From Camelus ferus (Eukaryota), in contig NC_045701.1 of the NCBI RefSeq assembly GCF_009834535.1, positions 92,380,001 to 92,444,000 on the forward strand: a DNA stretch of 64,000 nt, read 5' to 3'. Each line of letters begins with the position of its first letter. The first letter of the stretch is position 1. The notes beneath the pieces are model-generated. The model was not told the origin of the DNA and searched no databases. It saw only the letters and a program-made list of their open reading frames with translations. The translations under genes and the position numbers were made by a program. This document shows positions 36,944 to 50,248 of this stretch, piece after piece.

Positions 36944-37497
36944 TAAAACCAAGCAGGACCCCATGGGGCCCTCCCGGATACAAAAGCCTTCCTCTGTCCC
37001 TGTGTCTTGCAGGAAAAAAGCTTCAGACTCCTAGACCTTCCCTGAGTCCCAAAAGGTAGGTCCAAACAGTTCCTAACCAGGGAAGTGAGGGAATGCAGAA
37101 ATAAAGGAGTCAAGAAACAACAGTGCAATAAAACAGGGTCCTGGTTCCAGCCGCAAGGGAGACACATAACAATGTGTCCTCGAGTTCTTCTGCAGGAACT
37201 AAGGCCCCTACTTAAGTGGTGGATGGGAAGGACTGGTTAAACCCAAGATTCCTGGACACCACCCGTTACCTCACCACTGACCAATCAGAAAAAAGTCACA
37301 CACCCTGCAGCCCTCATCCCAAATTTTGCCTATAAAAATGCCTTCCCATTGGGGAGTTTGGATTTTTTGAGCACAAGCTACCTATTCTCCTTGCTTGGCC
37401 TGGCAATAAACCTTTCTCTGCTCCAAACTTGGGCATTTACATTTGGGTGTGTTTGGCCTCACTGTGGGTCAGGCACACAAACTTGCATTTGGCAACA
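36944..37497 (+). mobile_element. ERV1-like solo LTR with a 4-bp target-site duplication (GTTT)
   Basis: GTTT at 36940-36943 and 37498-37501; TA...CA ends; CCAAT 37281, TATAAAA 37331, AATAAA 37405. Confidence 0.75.
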
Positions 37498-38027
37498 GTT
37501 TCAAATCCTACCATTACAGAGTTTCAACAACAAATCTAGCACCCAGTGTGTGTAATGAGTGCTGAGGACGCCTGCACCTCAATAAACCAAACAAGTTCCC
37601 TGCAGGTAGGACAAAGGCAAGCCATCTTTGGAGTCCACGACCAGTGTATTGTCACAGGGCCACTCGCCTCCTCTGGAACACTAATGCCAACTACACCAGT
37701 GGACAACATACCCAGAGGGAAAAGGAGCTTCCTTTCTTTCCAAATTTCACCTATAAGTGGGTAAACTGGGTAAGGCCGATCGTTTCCTGTCCTAACACGT
37801 GAGCATGTCAAAGGTCAGATGCACTTGCCTGGGTACTTTCCCACCTCCAAGAAGCTACATACGCATTTACTGTTACAGGAGAGATAATTGAGAAAGACAC
37901 TGTTTAACACTTGGCGGTATGGTCCTGCTTACAAGGGTTACCCATGAATGCACTGACCCCCCAGCTAAAATAACGGCAGAAGAACACACTCATTGGACAC
38001 TTGCCCACCTCTGCTTTTACCACTTAC

Positions 38028-38129
38028 CTTGGCGACCAGCATTTGCTGCTGGTTCTCAATTTGCTGTTGTTGCCTAGCTGCCATGTCCTGGAGTTCTGAG
38101 AGGGTGAGTTCGACACGTGGGTTCCCAAC
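38028..38129 (-). CDS. PPP1R13B: PPP1R13B exon 5 ([34 protein letters not shown])
   Basis: tctgtag acceptor, GTAAGT donor; 102 nt. Confidence 0.96.
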
Positions 38130-41100
38130 CTACAGAGACAGGACACACTCAGGCTGGAATGCACGTTCATTCTGCACAGTCATTCTGCTGTAGTGTCAGA
38201 ACGCGCACACATCAAGACTTTAAACAGGCTCCCCAGTAGTTAGGAGAGCACAAACGAGTTTATCTTCTCATAGGAGCTTTCCCCCTTGTTGGCTGTTTCC
38301 CAATTGCTGGCTGTTTTTATTAAATTTATTTGAGCAAATAGGGATGTCAAATGTTTAAGGGTACACAACCTTAAAAAATAAGTATGCAGGTGGCACCTCA
38401 GGACAAATGTCATCTCACCACCACTTGGTCTCAAGAAGCTAAAATATATGAAAGATTCTAAAGTACAAACACCCCATGGAAAACACCACAGGCGTGGCGC
38501 ACAGCAAAGGCTGACCCACCAGCGGCAGGAAATTATCTGCGTGAGATGAGCACAGAAAGGTGGCAGCTTGAGGAGTGGCAGCTGACGGAAGCACGTCTCC
38601 ATCCTCTTGTTACTGAGAAATAATAACATCAAGCACTGCTGCTGTGTTTGCCGTGAGCCTGTCCCTGAAGCGACCACCTCCCATTTATGAACTCCTCTAA
38701 GCCTCACGACGACCCAGGCGGGCAGGCATTGCTCCACCCCCGCTTCTGCAGACGGCAAAACAAGCGGGGCAGCTCATGTCCTGTGCTGCAGGTCGGGCGC
38801 CCCACAAGGACAGAGCAGGACGTGGAGGTCCTGGCCGCCTCACACGGCACCCTCTACCAGGCACACACCTCGGTGTGGGCTGCTACGCTAGGCACGTTAC
38901 ACGCACTGTACACACAATCCTCATAACAAATCTGGGTGGCAGGTGGACGAGCCCCACCCTGGGCGAGGAATCACAGGAGAAAGGAGAAGGGACACACCTA
39001 AGGGCCGAGAACTGACCTAAGGGGCTGAGCGCCAGTGCCAGCCCAGTCTGCTTCCTCCAAGCCCTTCTGTGCCCACCAGGGAGGCGCGGAGCCCTCCTCA
39101 GACCTCCATCTCCTCCTTCTAGGTTCAGCTGTACTCTCAGGGCCCCTTTACCTTCTGCCAGCCTCACACCCTCTTGTAATTCTTAACAGGGGGTCCAACC
39201 CCTGTTCTTCCGACTCCAGTCTTCCCCAAATCTTACGGTGCCAAGCACATTCTGGACTCTTGGAAAATGGAATTGGGATGTGTTCATAGTCTTAACTGGA
39301 AGCCTGTTCTATTTATCTGAGATCCCTAGATAGCAACATGGAGCAAGCCCCTCTCAATACCAGATGTGAACTGCCAAGTTCTAGACACTTCCATTTGAAA
39401 AGAAATTTGTCCATTCTACAAAAATGCCTGGTAGAACTGTCATAATGCCCAAAATATGTTTTAACACTAATAAAGGATTCTAATTTCCACCTACTGAGAT
39501 TTCCTAGTCGCCACAAAAAAGGTATTCTTAAAACTTTCAGAACTTTACTCCTTAAACATGTTTTTCACTAGAGAAAAATGATGCCCATTCAACAAAACTT
39601 TCAATTTACATTAATTTTGTAACTTTACAACTTGAAGAAAAGACAAATAAAAACCTATCTCTTTGGTCTCCTCTCCCCTCCAATGGCTTAGAGTAACAAT
39701 GAAAAGAAATGCAACCGTTTGGTATTCTGATGTTCACACCTGTGAGCAAGACGGGGCTTTCTGTGCGTGCTGTGTCCTACGTGTGTTTCTAGCTGTAAAA
39801 CTAGGATATACTCTGCTGTCGTAAGTAAGTCAGGCAGTACACCTTATGTGTGTACTAACACATTGTAATTTTATAAAATTTTACTGAAGTAGATATCACA
39901 AACAGAAAACTGTATAAATCATAGTGCACAGCTCAGTGAATTATTTCAAAGTGAACATGTGTAATTTGATTGCTTTTTAAATGGGTTACAAAAACATGAG
40001 CCACCATAAACCTGTAAGTCAACAGATATGCAACATTTTACACTTTAGTATTTATTCTCTAATTTGTTCAACGTGAAAATTTAGCAAAAAGCACCTCTTC
40101 AGAGTTTTTTAAGAAAGCAAAAACCCTCTGATGCAAATTCCACCCTGTTATGACAGGCCTTTCAGAATGCATTCTCTCCACATAAACCAAACCCCATAGG
40201 AGCAATTTAAAATTCTCCATACGAACTCAATTTACTCAGACAAACCTATGACCTAATTCCTCGCTTATTTCTTTTCATTGCATCTAATAAGAAGAAATCA
40301 AATCCTGTTCCCTTGGGCCCGTCAAGGTCCCTCATTACGGTAGTTATCCAGTGAGTTCAAGTCCAGGTCACAGATAGGGCCAGCCACTTCCAGGACCAGT
40401 AAGATGGGTGCGGAAGTTCTCTCAGGAACAGCCCGGCAGGCTTCCATAAATGCAGGCCCAGGGAAAGCAAGTGCACCCCCCACCCCAGCCTGCGGCCTGC
40501 CGCCACGGCCTTCCTCCCAGCAGGGGCCGCCGCGGGCCCTGGGGCTCAGGGCCCCCTCTCCCACCAGCATTCTACCCAGACTCTCCTGTATTCATGTGCC
40601 CAGCGAATGCAGTTTGCCCTCTAACCCATCTTCCACAACATGGCCCACAGTCCCTCGGTCTAACGACCCCCCACCCACCCCACCCCCTGACAAGCGCAGA
40701 GGAAAACAGAACCCCCCCCCCACTTCTCTGAGCACACCATCCCCTTCCCTTCTTTCTCCAGATGCCCACAAATCTACTTGCAGGGACAGTGAATTAGGAG
40801 ACTTCATTCCTCTAACTTATAATACTTTTATATATGAAATACTCACCAGACAGAGAACTTGTACCAGGGACCCTCCAGCTCACGCCAGCCTGGGAGAGAC
40901 TCCACAGGGCCTAGACCACTGACACCCGGCCCCCGGCCAGGCCTGGCCACAGCCCCCCGACCAATGATCAACGTTTGGTGAATGGATTTATACGTGAAAT
41001 CAGTACTTCCTCAATCCTTCCACCATACCCTGATCGCACACCTACACAGACAGCATCTTTCCAAACTTGAAAGCTCAGACTTTTTAAATTCTGTCTTCCC

Positions 41101-42274
41101 ATGGAGAGTCTATACCCTCCTCACCACTTCACTTGCCTCAGCAGATCATTCCTGACACCTCAGAAATCCACGTTTCCTCGGGCCCCTCTCCCCTCCCTTC
41201 TGACCATGTCCCCTCATTCCCATCTGCCCAGAAAGGCTATAAGCAGCAGCAGTGGGGCTTCCTCAGTGAAGAGACCGAGCCATGTGCTTGAGGTCCCAGC
41301 GTGAGCAGGTGTCCCGACTTCCAGGCCAGGGTGGCTGTGAAGTGGTCAGGTGCTGGCTGGCTGGTTGGTTGGTTTGGAGTACTATACAAGTTTGATTCCG
41401 TAATAATTCTTTACCCTCGATATGCCACGTACAATTCTAGACACTGTAGGAAACAGAAAAGTAAAATGCAGTTTCTTTTGATGAGATAAAAGACCGGAGG
41501 GCTCTTCTGATGAGATAAAAACCTCACATGGGAAGCAATCAGGTTTGCCCAGCAAATTCAACTATGAGGAACAGAACCTGAGCTCAGTTTTTCTTTGTTC
41601 TTATATTTATAAATAAGAGCATTTTCCCAGAGTAGCAGCAAGGACATGGACTGTCACATGCGCTGCTGTAAAAGTGCGCTGTTCAGCCTGGCGCTCCTCC
41701 TGGGAAGCCCGCGAGCAGCTCAGAAACTCAGGACATTTCAGCCACCCTGAGTCCAGGCATCATGGGCACTGCGGGTCTGAAAATAAAAGGTGCCTCTTAA
41801 ACCTCTTACCCCAAAACGGTGAATCCAAATTGGAAGCTAAACCCTCTTTACATTATTATTCCTGACTTTACAGAAATTCCAAATAAAAATACTATTTCAT
41901 GGGTTTGGAAGCAGAGCCTCCAGCCCAGTGAGTCTCCCGACGATGGCTGTCCTGGCTGACATCCTGACCACCACGCCGCCGCTACAGACCCCGCGCCACA
42001 GCACGCAGCCGAGCCTTGACTTCCTGACCCCTAGAGACAGTGTAAGAGTATAAATAAATCACAACACTCACAATAAACAAAAACAACATGATTTTCTAAT
42101 TTTTATGTTCCTAAATTTAAGATTAGCACCTTTTAAAAAATTGATAAGATATATTCTAGTCTAGTTCAGATACAAAACTTCAAAAATATCCATATTGGTA
42201 ATAAGTTAACAAAATTAAATAATACAACAGGCTAGTTTAAGAAATACACAGTGAAATCAATGTTTCCTTTTCAA

Positions 42275-42950
42275 ATTTACTTTATTGAGGCACAATTTAC
42301 AGACAGTAACACGTGCCCATTTAAAGCGTACTGCTAAATGAGTTTTGACAACTGCGTATCACAGTGTAACCACCACCTCAGCCAGGACACAAAACATTTC
42401 CATCATCCCAGAAAGTTCCCTGCTGAGCTTCCCAGTCAATTCCACTCCCCGCTCCTCCTCGCCAAACCAGCAATCTGTTGAGGGGTGGCTGTCGTCCACG
42501 GGAGCCCAGGTCTGTATCCTTGAGGCTCTCACACAGACGGGCCACATGGTGTGCACTTCCTTGTGTTTGGTTCTCCACTCGCCGCAAGGGTGTGGCCTCC
42601 ACCCACGTAGCATTCAGTCATGTGCTATCACCCATTTTGCTTTCCCATTCATCTGCTGATGAGCATTTGGGCTGTTTCCTTTCTGGCCATGGGGAATAAA
42701 GCCACCTTGAACATTCGTGTACCAGTATTCACGTGGACAAATATTCTGGCTTCCCTTGGGTAATCGATGTCAAGAAGTGGAAATGGTGGGCTGGATGGTG
42801 AGTGTATGTGTAACTTATACAAACTGCCCAATTGTTTTCCAAAGTGAAGCATCGTTTTACACTTTCACCAGCAATATATGAGAGTTCTAGCTTCTCCACA
42901 TCCTAGCCAACATTTTTGACTAGTGTTTAAATTTTAATTGTCCTCCTTTT
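42275..42950 (-). mobile_element. L1 (L1MB/MC-like) 3' remnant
   Basis: Reverse-strand L1 3' text (tttattgaggcacaatttac...cttctccacatcctagccaaca). Confidence 0.75.
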
Positions 42951-43924
42951 AAATAAAATGTTAACCCATCGGTGAAGAAAGAATTCCATATAAATGGATT
43001 TTGATAAATAATGGAAAAAAGCAAGCATTAAAATGACCATAATTAAGCTATCACCCCTAAACACACAATGACCAGAGTTTCAATAAATAAGCTGGCTAGA
43101 CTTGCCAAAAGTTAGATGTAAAAGGGGGGCTGATTTCCCAGGCTAATGCCTCATTTGCACTAATTATGTGTATGAATCATGGCTCATAAAGCTATCAAAA
43201 TAAAATATGTTTGACAAACAGGCTATCAGAAGTGGATTTTTTGAGATATTAAACAACTACAACTCACTTGATCATGGTTAAAAGCTTCAGATCACCAGTC
43301 AGCTGATGACATGGCTTTGATCAAACGTATTTTCATCTCCTGAGGTAACATATTTTAGGTATTAAAAACATGCAGTAAAGGTTCTCAAAACAAACCACTG
43401 TAGGCAATCATGCGCACACTCATCTCCCATCCTAAGCCACTAATTACATGTTTTTGTAGACTTTTAGTCTTTCCAATAGTGGTAAGAAGGCTTAGTTTTA
43501 CCTCCCATCTAAGGCACTACTGAAAACATTCTGCCAACATGTGCCAAATGTATTTTTCCAATACGTGCCCCAAAATATCAAAGACTGCAGCTTCAACAAA
43601 AGGGTCCTCTCGGTGCACAGCGCCAGTTCACTATCGCACTTCCTAAAAAATTATGCCATTTTCCAGACAACTTTTCTTTTGGTATAATGACTCATCCAAA
43701 AACACATTAAATAAATGATCTGTAAGAAGTGATATTTGGACATTAGTCTCAAGCAAGCAAGCAGTGACCCATTTACTCTCTCAGCTGCTCCTCACCTGGT
43801 GGCCGGACCAGGAACTGTGTGCAGGACCGGGTGAGCCGCGTGGTGCCCTGAGTGCATCCACAGCATGGGGAGAAGGTGGGGGCGGCTGTCTCCTGTGCAC
43901 AAGGCCACCTCTACCTGTAGTATT

Positions 43925-44043
43925 TTTGCCTTTTTTAGGGGGGTTATTAGGGTTATTTATTTATTTTAGTGGAGGTGCTGGGGCTGAACCCACGACCTCC
44001 GGCCTGCTAAGCATGCACTCTACCACAGAGATGCACCCTCCCC
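43925..44043 (-). mobile_element. tRNA-Ala-derived camelid-type SINE
   Basis: Reverse complement reads gggagggtgcatctctgtggtagagtgcatgcttagca...ggttcagccccagcacctccactaaaataaataaataa. Confidence 0.8.
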
Positions 44044-44439
44044 TCTATCTGTTGTCAAGTGTTCTCTTGTTTAGCTTTCCTGTCCTATAACTTTATTTAA
44101 GCTCACTTTGAGTGTATTCTCCCTAAAAGTTGAAAAATTGGTGGAGAAAGTTATATAAAAGGAAGTACTGACACTGCGAAGCCGCCCCGAGAACAGCCCC
44201 TCCCCGTCAGCCACGCCCGGCGAAGCCCCCTCTCCGCTCCTCGCGAATACAGCAGACTTTCACTGCGCGACATTTCGGGTCCCAACTGTGTTCATGTGTT
44301 GTTTATTACTTACAAAAGCATGACTTCATCGTTCCGTTCACATATTTTACAACTGTGAAAACAGTCTGGGAATCAGCAGTCCACCTTTATTTATTTCACA
44401 GGCCGCGTACAGTTCTCTATGGCTGAGTGACAGTCACAC

Positions 44440-44919
44440 CCGACCTTGGTACATGCTTAGAACACCACCACACGTTCCTTACAGCGTGGTTTCTGGGGGT
44501 GAAGGGTTCATGAGCAGCGTGGCTGGGCGGTTCTGGCTGGAGATGGAGTCAAAAGTCAGCCAGGCTGTGGTGGTTTTAAGGTTGCAGGACAGGGTTCCAA
44601 GGTGGCTTACACACGGCTACCAAGTTCGTGCTGGCTGCCGGTGGGAGGCCTCAGGTCCCCCCCAGGTAGGCCCTTCTCAGAGCTGCGTGCACCAGGGTCC
44701 TCAGGACCTGGGGGCTGGGTTCCCAAGAGCCAGCAATCCAAGAGAGAGAGTTGGGGGAGCTATCTTTCTAGGAACTAGCCTCAGAAGTCACACCATCTCA
44801 CTCCCCACATTCTGTATGTTAGGAGCCAGGCACGAAGTCTTGGAGAGGAGGGGAATCAGGCTCCACCTTTGATGGGAGGCACATTAAAGAATTTGCAGAC
44901 AGAATTGAAAGCCACCACA
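44440..44919 (-). mobile_element. MLT1-type LTR remnant
   Basis: Ends gccaccaca (reverse of the MLT start tgtggtggc); internal MLT1-like blocks. Confidence 0.7.
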
Positions 44920-45949
44920 ACCATTTACTGTAAAAGCTCATGAAGACTCTGCATACGTCTTATCATTCACTCCTTAGAGAAGTCAGGTTGCCGCTCTCGA
45001 CAGCACGGTCACAATGTTTGAGAGCCTCTGTTTAAGAGAGTCAGACAGCGGGGCAAAGAGCAGAGGTCCAGCTGTAAGTGCTGCTTTCCTCCTCAAGGCC
45101 CAGCATACGTTTCTTGGTAATCAGTTAACAGCAATACTAGTGGATTCGGTCAGCAATTAAACGCCTACCAGCTAATGGGTCACTTCCGCTGTCAGCTCTA
45201 ATCCTGATACGATTTTAATACTCAACCAAGTAAGTTCATCTGTGGTTATAACAGACAAGAATGCCACTGTAATGTTATTCGGGAAAACAGTAAATTCCCT
45301 GCACTTTCAGATCGTACTCATTTCTTCTTGTCCGTAGTTTATATGGAGAACACCCTACCCGCTGGTGAGGCTGGCTGTCCACCCTGGCCTCCCTCCCAAG
45401 GAGCTCAGAGCCAGAGTCCCCCGGCCAGATTCACACTTCCACCTGCCAGCTCCGCCAGCCCCTCAGCTGCCCCGTCTGAAACCACACTCCTCCCCTTTCT
45501 CTTCCAACCCAGGCCTCCTCCCTCAACTCCCTTCTCTCACTAATGCCTCTGGCATCATCTCTGACTTGAGCCCACCCTGCCCCAGCGGGAGCTGTGTGTT
45601 ACTCAGCTCTTTCTCTCTCACAGCTGTGCTTGCTTCTCCATTCTAGAACCTACACCCTCTCACCTCCATATTTTTGCTCACATTCCTCCTCTGTCCACAG
45701 TGCCTGTCCCTCTACGCCCCAAACTCTTCCTGTCTTTGAAGATGGAGTGGCAATGCCATCTGCTTCCTGAAGTTTCTCCTGATTGTCTAAGGAACTTCTC
45801 ACACAACTGTCCTGAAACTCAGGATCTGACGTCACTTCCAGAGATGGGAGTGAACTCAGTTATTTCTCAGTGAATTCTGAATTCTAGAGATTCAACAACA
45901 TGCAATGAGCAGATGTGTCAGGCGTTTACGTACACTTGAGTTTATAGTT

Positions 45950-46090
45950 ATCTTGATGTTTACAGAAACCCTATAAGGAAAAATAAGCTTATTTTACAGA
46001 TGAGAAGGCTGAGGCTCTGAGCAGCTGGTGGCCAACTGTCCCAGGTTCCTGCGGCTGGATGGGTATCCATGTCAGGATCTTAATCCAGAC
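45950..46090 (-). mobile_element. MIR remnant
   Basis: attttacagatgagaaggctgaggct core. Confidence 0.6.
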
Positions 46091-47769
46091 CTCCTGACAG
46101 CAAGCCACACCTCCTGTGCCATGGAGAGAGCATCCAGCTTGCTGTCAGGAGGGTCTGCTTAGCAATTCTTTACACTGGACATGTTTTACACGTTCTTCTG
46201 TATGTGTATTTCTCAATAAAAAAAAGTAGGAAATAAAGAATTCAACCAAGCAGCCAGTATCTTATCTTAGTAATTTAATCATCACAAGATACAGGTTTAA
46301 AAATCACAACTATGTTTTTAGAGTATGATTAGATTCTCAAGTACAATGTCACTTCAAAGATGACAAACATCCTTAAAACAAAACTGACAAAGTAATTAGG
46401 ATAAAATCTATTTATGCTCACATAATATTCTAGAACACTAAATCATCCCTCTTTCTTCCTACCTCTCCAAGGTTGAGTTTCAGGTTTGAAGAGTATTTTT
46501 ACTTGCCTGTTTAGCAAGCAAAAAAGTAGATGAGAATGGTATCAAATGTGTAGGCTTATTTTTATCACACAACACATTCTATAAAATTAAACCTCTCTAG
46601 CATCTCATTGTATTTCTGTAACTGGCATATTTCATTTTCCAACAATTAATTACTAAGTCTCACAAATTAATACGCGTCAATTAGACATCTAGAACATACA
46701 CTGGCTCCCCTCTCCCTGCAGTAATGCTACAATATCCAATTTTATATCCTATAAATTTGATTTACTCTTATGATTAAAATTCACCTATACCAATTCAGTT
46801 TGGTTTAACACACACTTATACCCAGGCAAGTAGCTAGGAGGAGCTGGAGCTAGAAAGATTGGCAGGAGAACAGGGCTACAAAGAGCACAAACACCAGGAG
46901 GAACCACCTGCGCACCACCGGAGCGCAACCAGCTGCACCCGTGGTAACTGCTCTGCCTCTAACCGTGCGGCCCACAAAACACACTGAGCTACACTCCTGA
47001 CAGCAACACCTAAAAGTCAAGATAAAACATAAAAACTTATTTTTAAAAGCATCACTGTGCTGACACAACAGGAAGGAAGCTATGGGGCCAAAAATAAAGG
47101 GACAGCAGCAGCTCTGGGCACTGAGGAAATACCAAAACTGGCTTGCACACTGACGGCTCGTGCCCACCTGGAGGTTTGCCCCCTGGAGCTGCTGAAGCCC
47201 GGCATTAAGAGGGAAAGGTGAGGACCAACCCAGGGAGGGGAGTCTAACAGGAGATGCCACATCCACCCATCTAAGACTCCCACCCAGAGTGAGAGCGAGT
47301 GAGAAACACACCCCCAAACTCCCAGATGGGGGAAGCATGGAGACCAGCCCTTCTCCATCACGGTAAGAACCTACAAACACTAGACAGCCCTCACACAGGC
47401 TTCGTGACCCACAAAGAAGGTCACAGACTGAGCCCATCTGCATGCCCAGCTACCCGCCAAGGCAGATGCAAACCTCCCGGGAAAGCCCGCCTGCATCCAG
47501 GCCTCAAAAATACTCACAGATGAAGCTCCAGGGAAAATGAGCAGCTACTTGTCAAAAGTTAAAGCACACAAAGATCCTAGCACCACGACTTAAAGCCAGT
47601 GGAAGCGACATATGCAGATATTGAAATGATTAGCTGCAGAATAGAAAATAACTGTTTAGTGTATTTAAAGAAATAAGAGATGCCTAAAATATGAGCAAAG
47701 AGTAACCAAGAGGTGAAAAAGAACCAAAACCTCTAGAACTGAAATTTTTTTAATGAATTTTGAAAACCA

Positions 47770-48690
47770 CTTTACTGAAGCACAGCTGACATAATGAACT
47801 GCACTCTAAAGTGTACAATCCGACACCTTTTGACACACGTGCACACCATGAAACCACCATCACAATCCAGAAAACGGCCAAACCTCAAAATGCCTGGGTG
47901 TTCCTTTGTAGCCCCTCCCTCCTCCTCACACCCAGCCCCAGCTCCCAGGTCCACAGGCAACTGCTCATCTACCTTTTGTTACTGAGATTAGTTTACATTT
48001 TCTAAAATTTTACATAAATGAAATCATACAGTGTGTGCCCTTTTTTTCTGGCTGCCTTCTTTCAGCATAATGATTCTGCGGTTCATCCGAGCTGTAGCAT
48101 GCATCAGCGATTCACTCCTTTTCTTATTGCTCAGGAATATTTCATTGTATGAATGTATCACTTTTTTGGTCCATTCACCTGTTAACAGACATTAGGGTTT
48201 TTCTAGATTTTGGCTACCACAAATCAAACTGCCATGAACATTCATGTGCAAGTTAATATGGACATTTGCTTTCCTTTCTCTTGGAAAAATACTCAGCAGT
48301 AGAATTGTCAGATCATATAACAGATTTATGTTCAAGTTTTGAAGGCAGTGTCCGACAGTTTCCGATTACACCGTTTTACATTCTCAGCAGCCACATATGA
48401 GAGTCCCAGGCGCTCCACGGTCTTTAGTTTTAGACAGTCTAGCAGGTGCATGTGGTTTTAATTTGCATTTTCCTAAAAACTGATGATGCTGTACACGTTC
48501 ACATGTGCTTCCTTGACACTCATCTATTTTCTTTAGTGAAGCACCTATTCAGAACTTTTGCCTGTTTCTTCTAAAAGTGGGTAACTTATTTTCTTACTGA
48601 GATTTGAGAGTTCTTTCTTATGTTCTGGATACAGACCTCTATCGGGTATACGGTTTGCAAGTATTCCCTCCCAGACTGCGCCTTGTATTT
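47770..48690 (-). mobile_element. L1 3' remnant, apparently nested in older plus-strand L1 pieces (~47520-47750, ~48700-49100, ~49540-49790)
   Basis: Reverse L1 3' UTR/ORF2 text; flanks are A-rich L1-like sequence on the plus strand. Confidence 0.7.
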
Positions 48691-49794
48691 TCATAATGAC
48701 TAATGTTAAAAAAGCACATTATATGTACTAACACCCAATCAAACACAGCCGAAGACAGAACTCATTAACTGAAAGATAAGAAATTATCCAGAACACAGTA
48801 CAAAGAGACAAAGAAAGTGAAAATATGACAGAGAAATTGAAAATAAAATGAAAGATACAAGTCTAATCAGAGTTCCCAGAAGAAAAAAAGGCAAGAACAT
48901 GGAAGGAGAAGCACCTGTAGAGAGAACAGTCAAGAGCCCTCAGTCAGTAAGGACAACAAGCCCCAACAGAAGTCAGAAGGAGCGCACACCTAGTTCCGCT
49001 CAGAATGCAGAACTATTTAATCCTAACTTCATTAACTCTCAAAACAACTAAATGAGAGCGAAGGGATTTTTGACATCAAATAACATAAAACCACAAAGCA
49101 GGCTAACAGGAATGGAGACAAAAAAAAAAGTTTGGAAGCTGGAGAGAATGGATGAGAAGTAACTGACCTAGTAGGTCTGAGACAAACTTCAAGATAGAAG
49201 AGCTGAAACTGGATAAACAACCCAGTTACATCAAAGAACCTTCAAAAGGCTCAGGAATTGGCAAAACCATGTAATTCTGGAAAGGTGGACGAAATGTAAG
49301 GCACCTAAAATAAAGCGGACTTAGTGAAAGATATTTAAAAAGCAGTTTAAAAAAAAGAAAGAAAAAAGAAAAAGCAGTAAAGCCCCTCGACCCCCTCCCA
49401 GCTCTGGACCCGGGCACCTGCCTCTCCCCTACCCGGCTGGAACCTGGAAGTTTATTCTCTAGACAACTGAAATGTTACCTGGCCTGGGAGATGACAGTCC
49501 CAGCTGAGTCCTGGGCACCACATGGAAAACAAGGAGACTACGTGACCACATTACTAATAAATGCTTCCAGACATAAACACTCACATACACAGTCAATTGA
49601 CTTCACAAAGGTGCCAGGACAATTCAATTGGGAAAGAACAGTCTTTGCACCAAATGGTGCTGGGATACCTGGATATTTACTTGCAAAGGAGTAAATCCCC
49701 TACTTCACACCGTACACAAAAATTAACTCAAAATGGACAACAGACCTAAATATAAGAGCTAAAACTATAAAGCTCTCAGAGGAAAACACAGGCG

Positions 49795-50248
49795 GCGGGG
49801 GCAGGATCAACTGGCCTTGGCAACTTACTGGGTGTTCAGCATTGAAGCAGAAACTGACTTGGATTTCAGCCCAACGGGCTGAGAAAACAGGACACCTAAG
49901 TAAAGTACCTGCTTTCCTTCTGGGAGTCTGGAGGTGTGGTGCTTGCTGGATGGAAGCCGCCTACTTGAGCGGCTCGAAATAAAAGCCCGGGCACCAGGGC
50001 TCTCATGAGCTTCCCTGGCAGACAGCGCTTCACACGCGCTGTCACAGTTGGTGGCTGGAAGGATCAAGTGCATCCTGTGCGACCTGCTGGGAGAGGCCCT
50101 GGGAGGCTTGTGCCAGCTGCGCCGGTCTCCCGGGACTCCACCCCGTGTGCCTCTCGCCCTCGCTGCAGTGAGTACAGCCACACGCTGCATCCTGTGCGTC
50201 CTCCTAGCAAACCACTGACACCAGGCGTGGTCCCAGAACCCCGACACG
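49795..50248 (+). mobile_element. MER21-like LTR remnant
   Basis: gagcttccctggcagacag...cacagttggtggctgga...cctagcaaaccactgac...gtggtcccagaaccccgacac. Confidence 0.55.

Noticed and set aside
41479-41520. TGATGAGATAAAA repeated twice (box C-like)
   Set aside because: No properly placed box D or terminal stem; likely a small local duplication.
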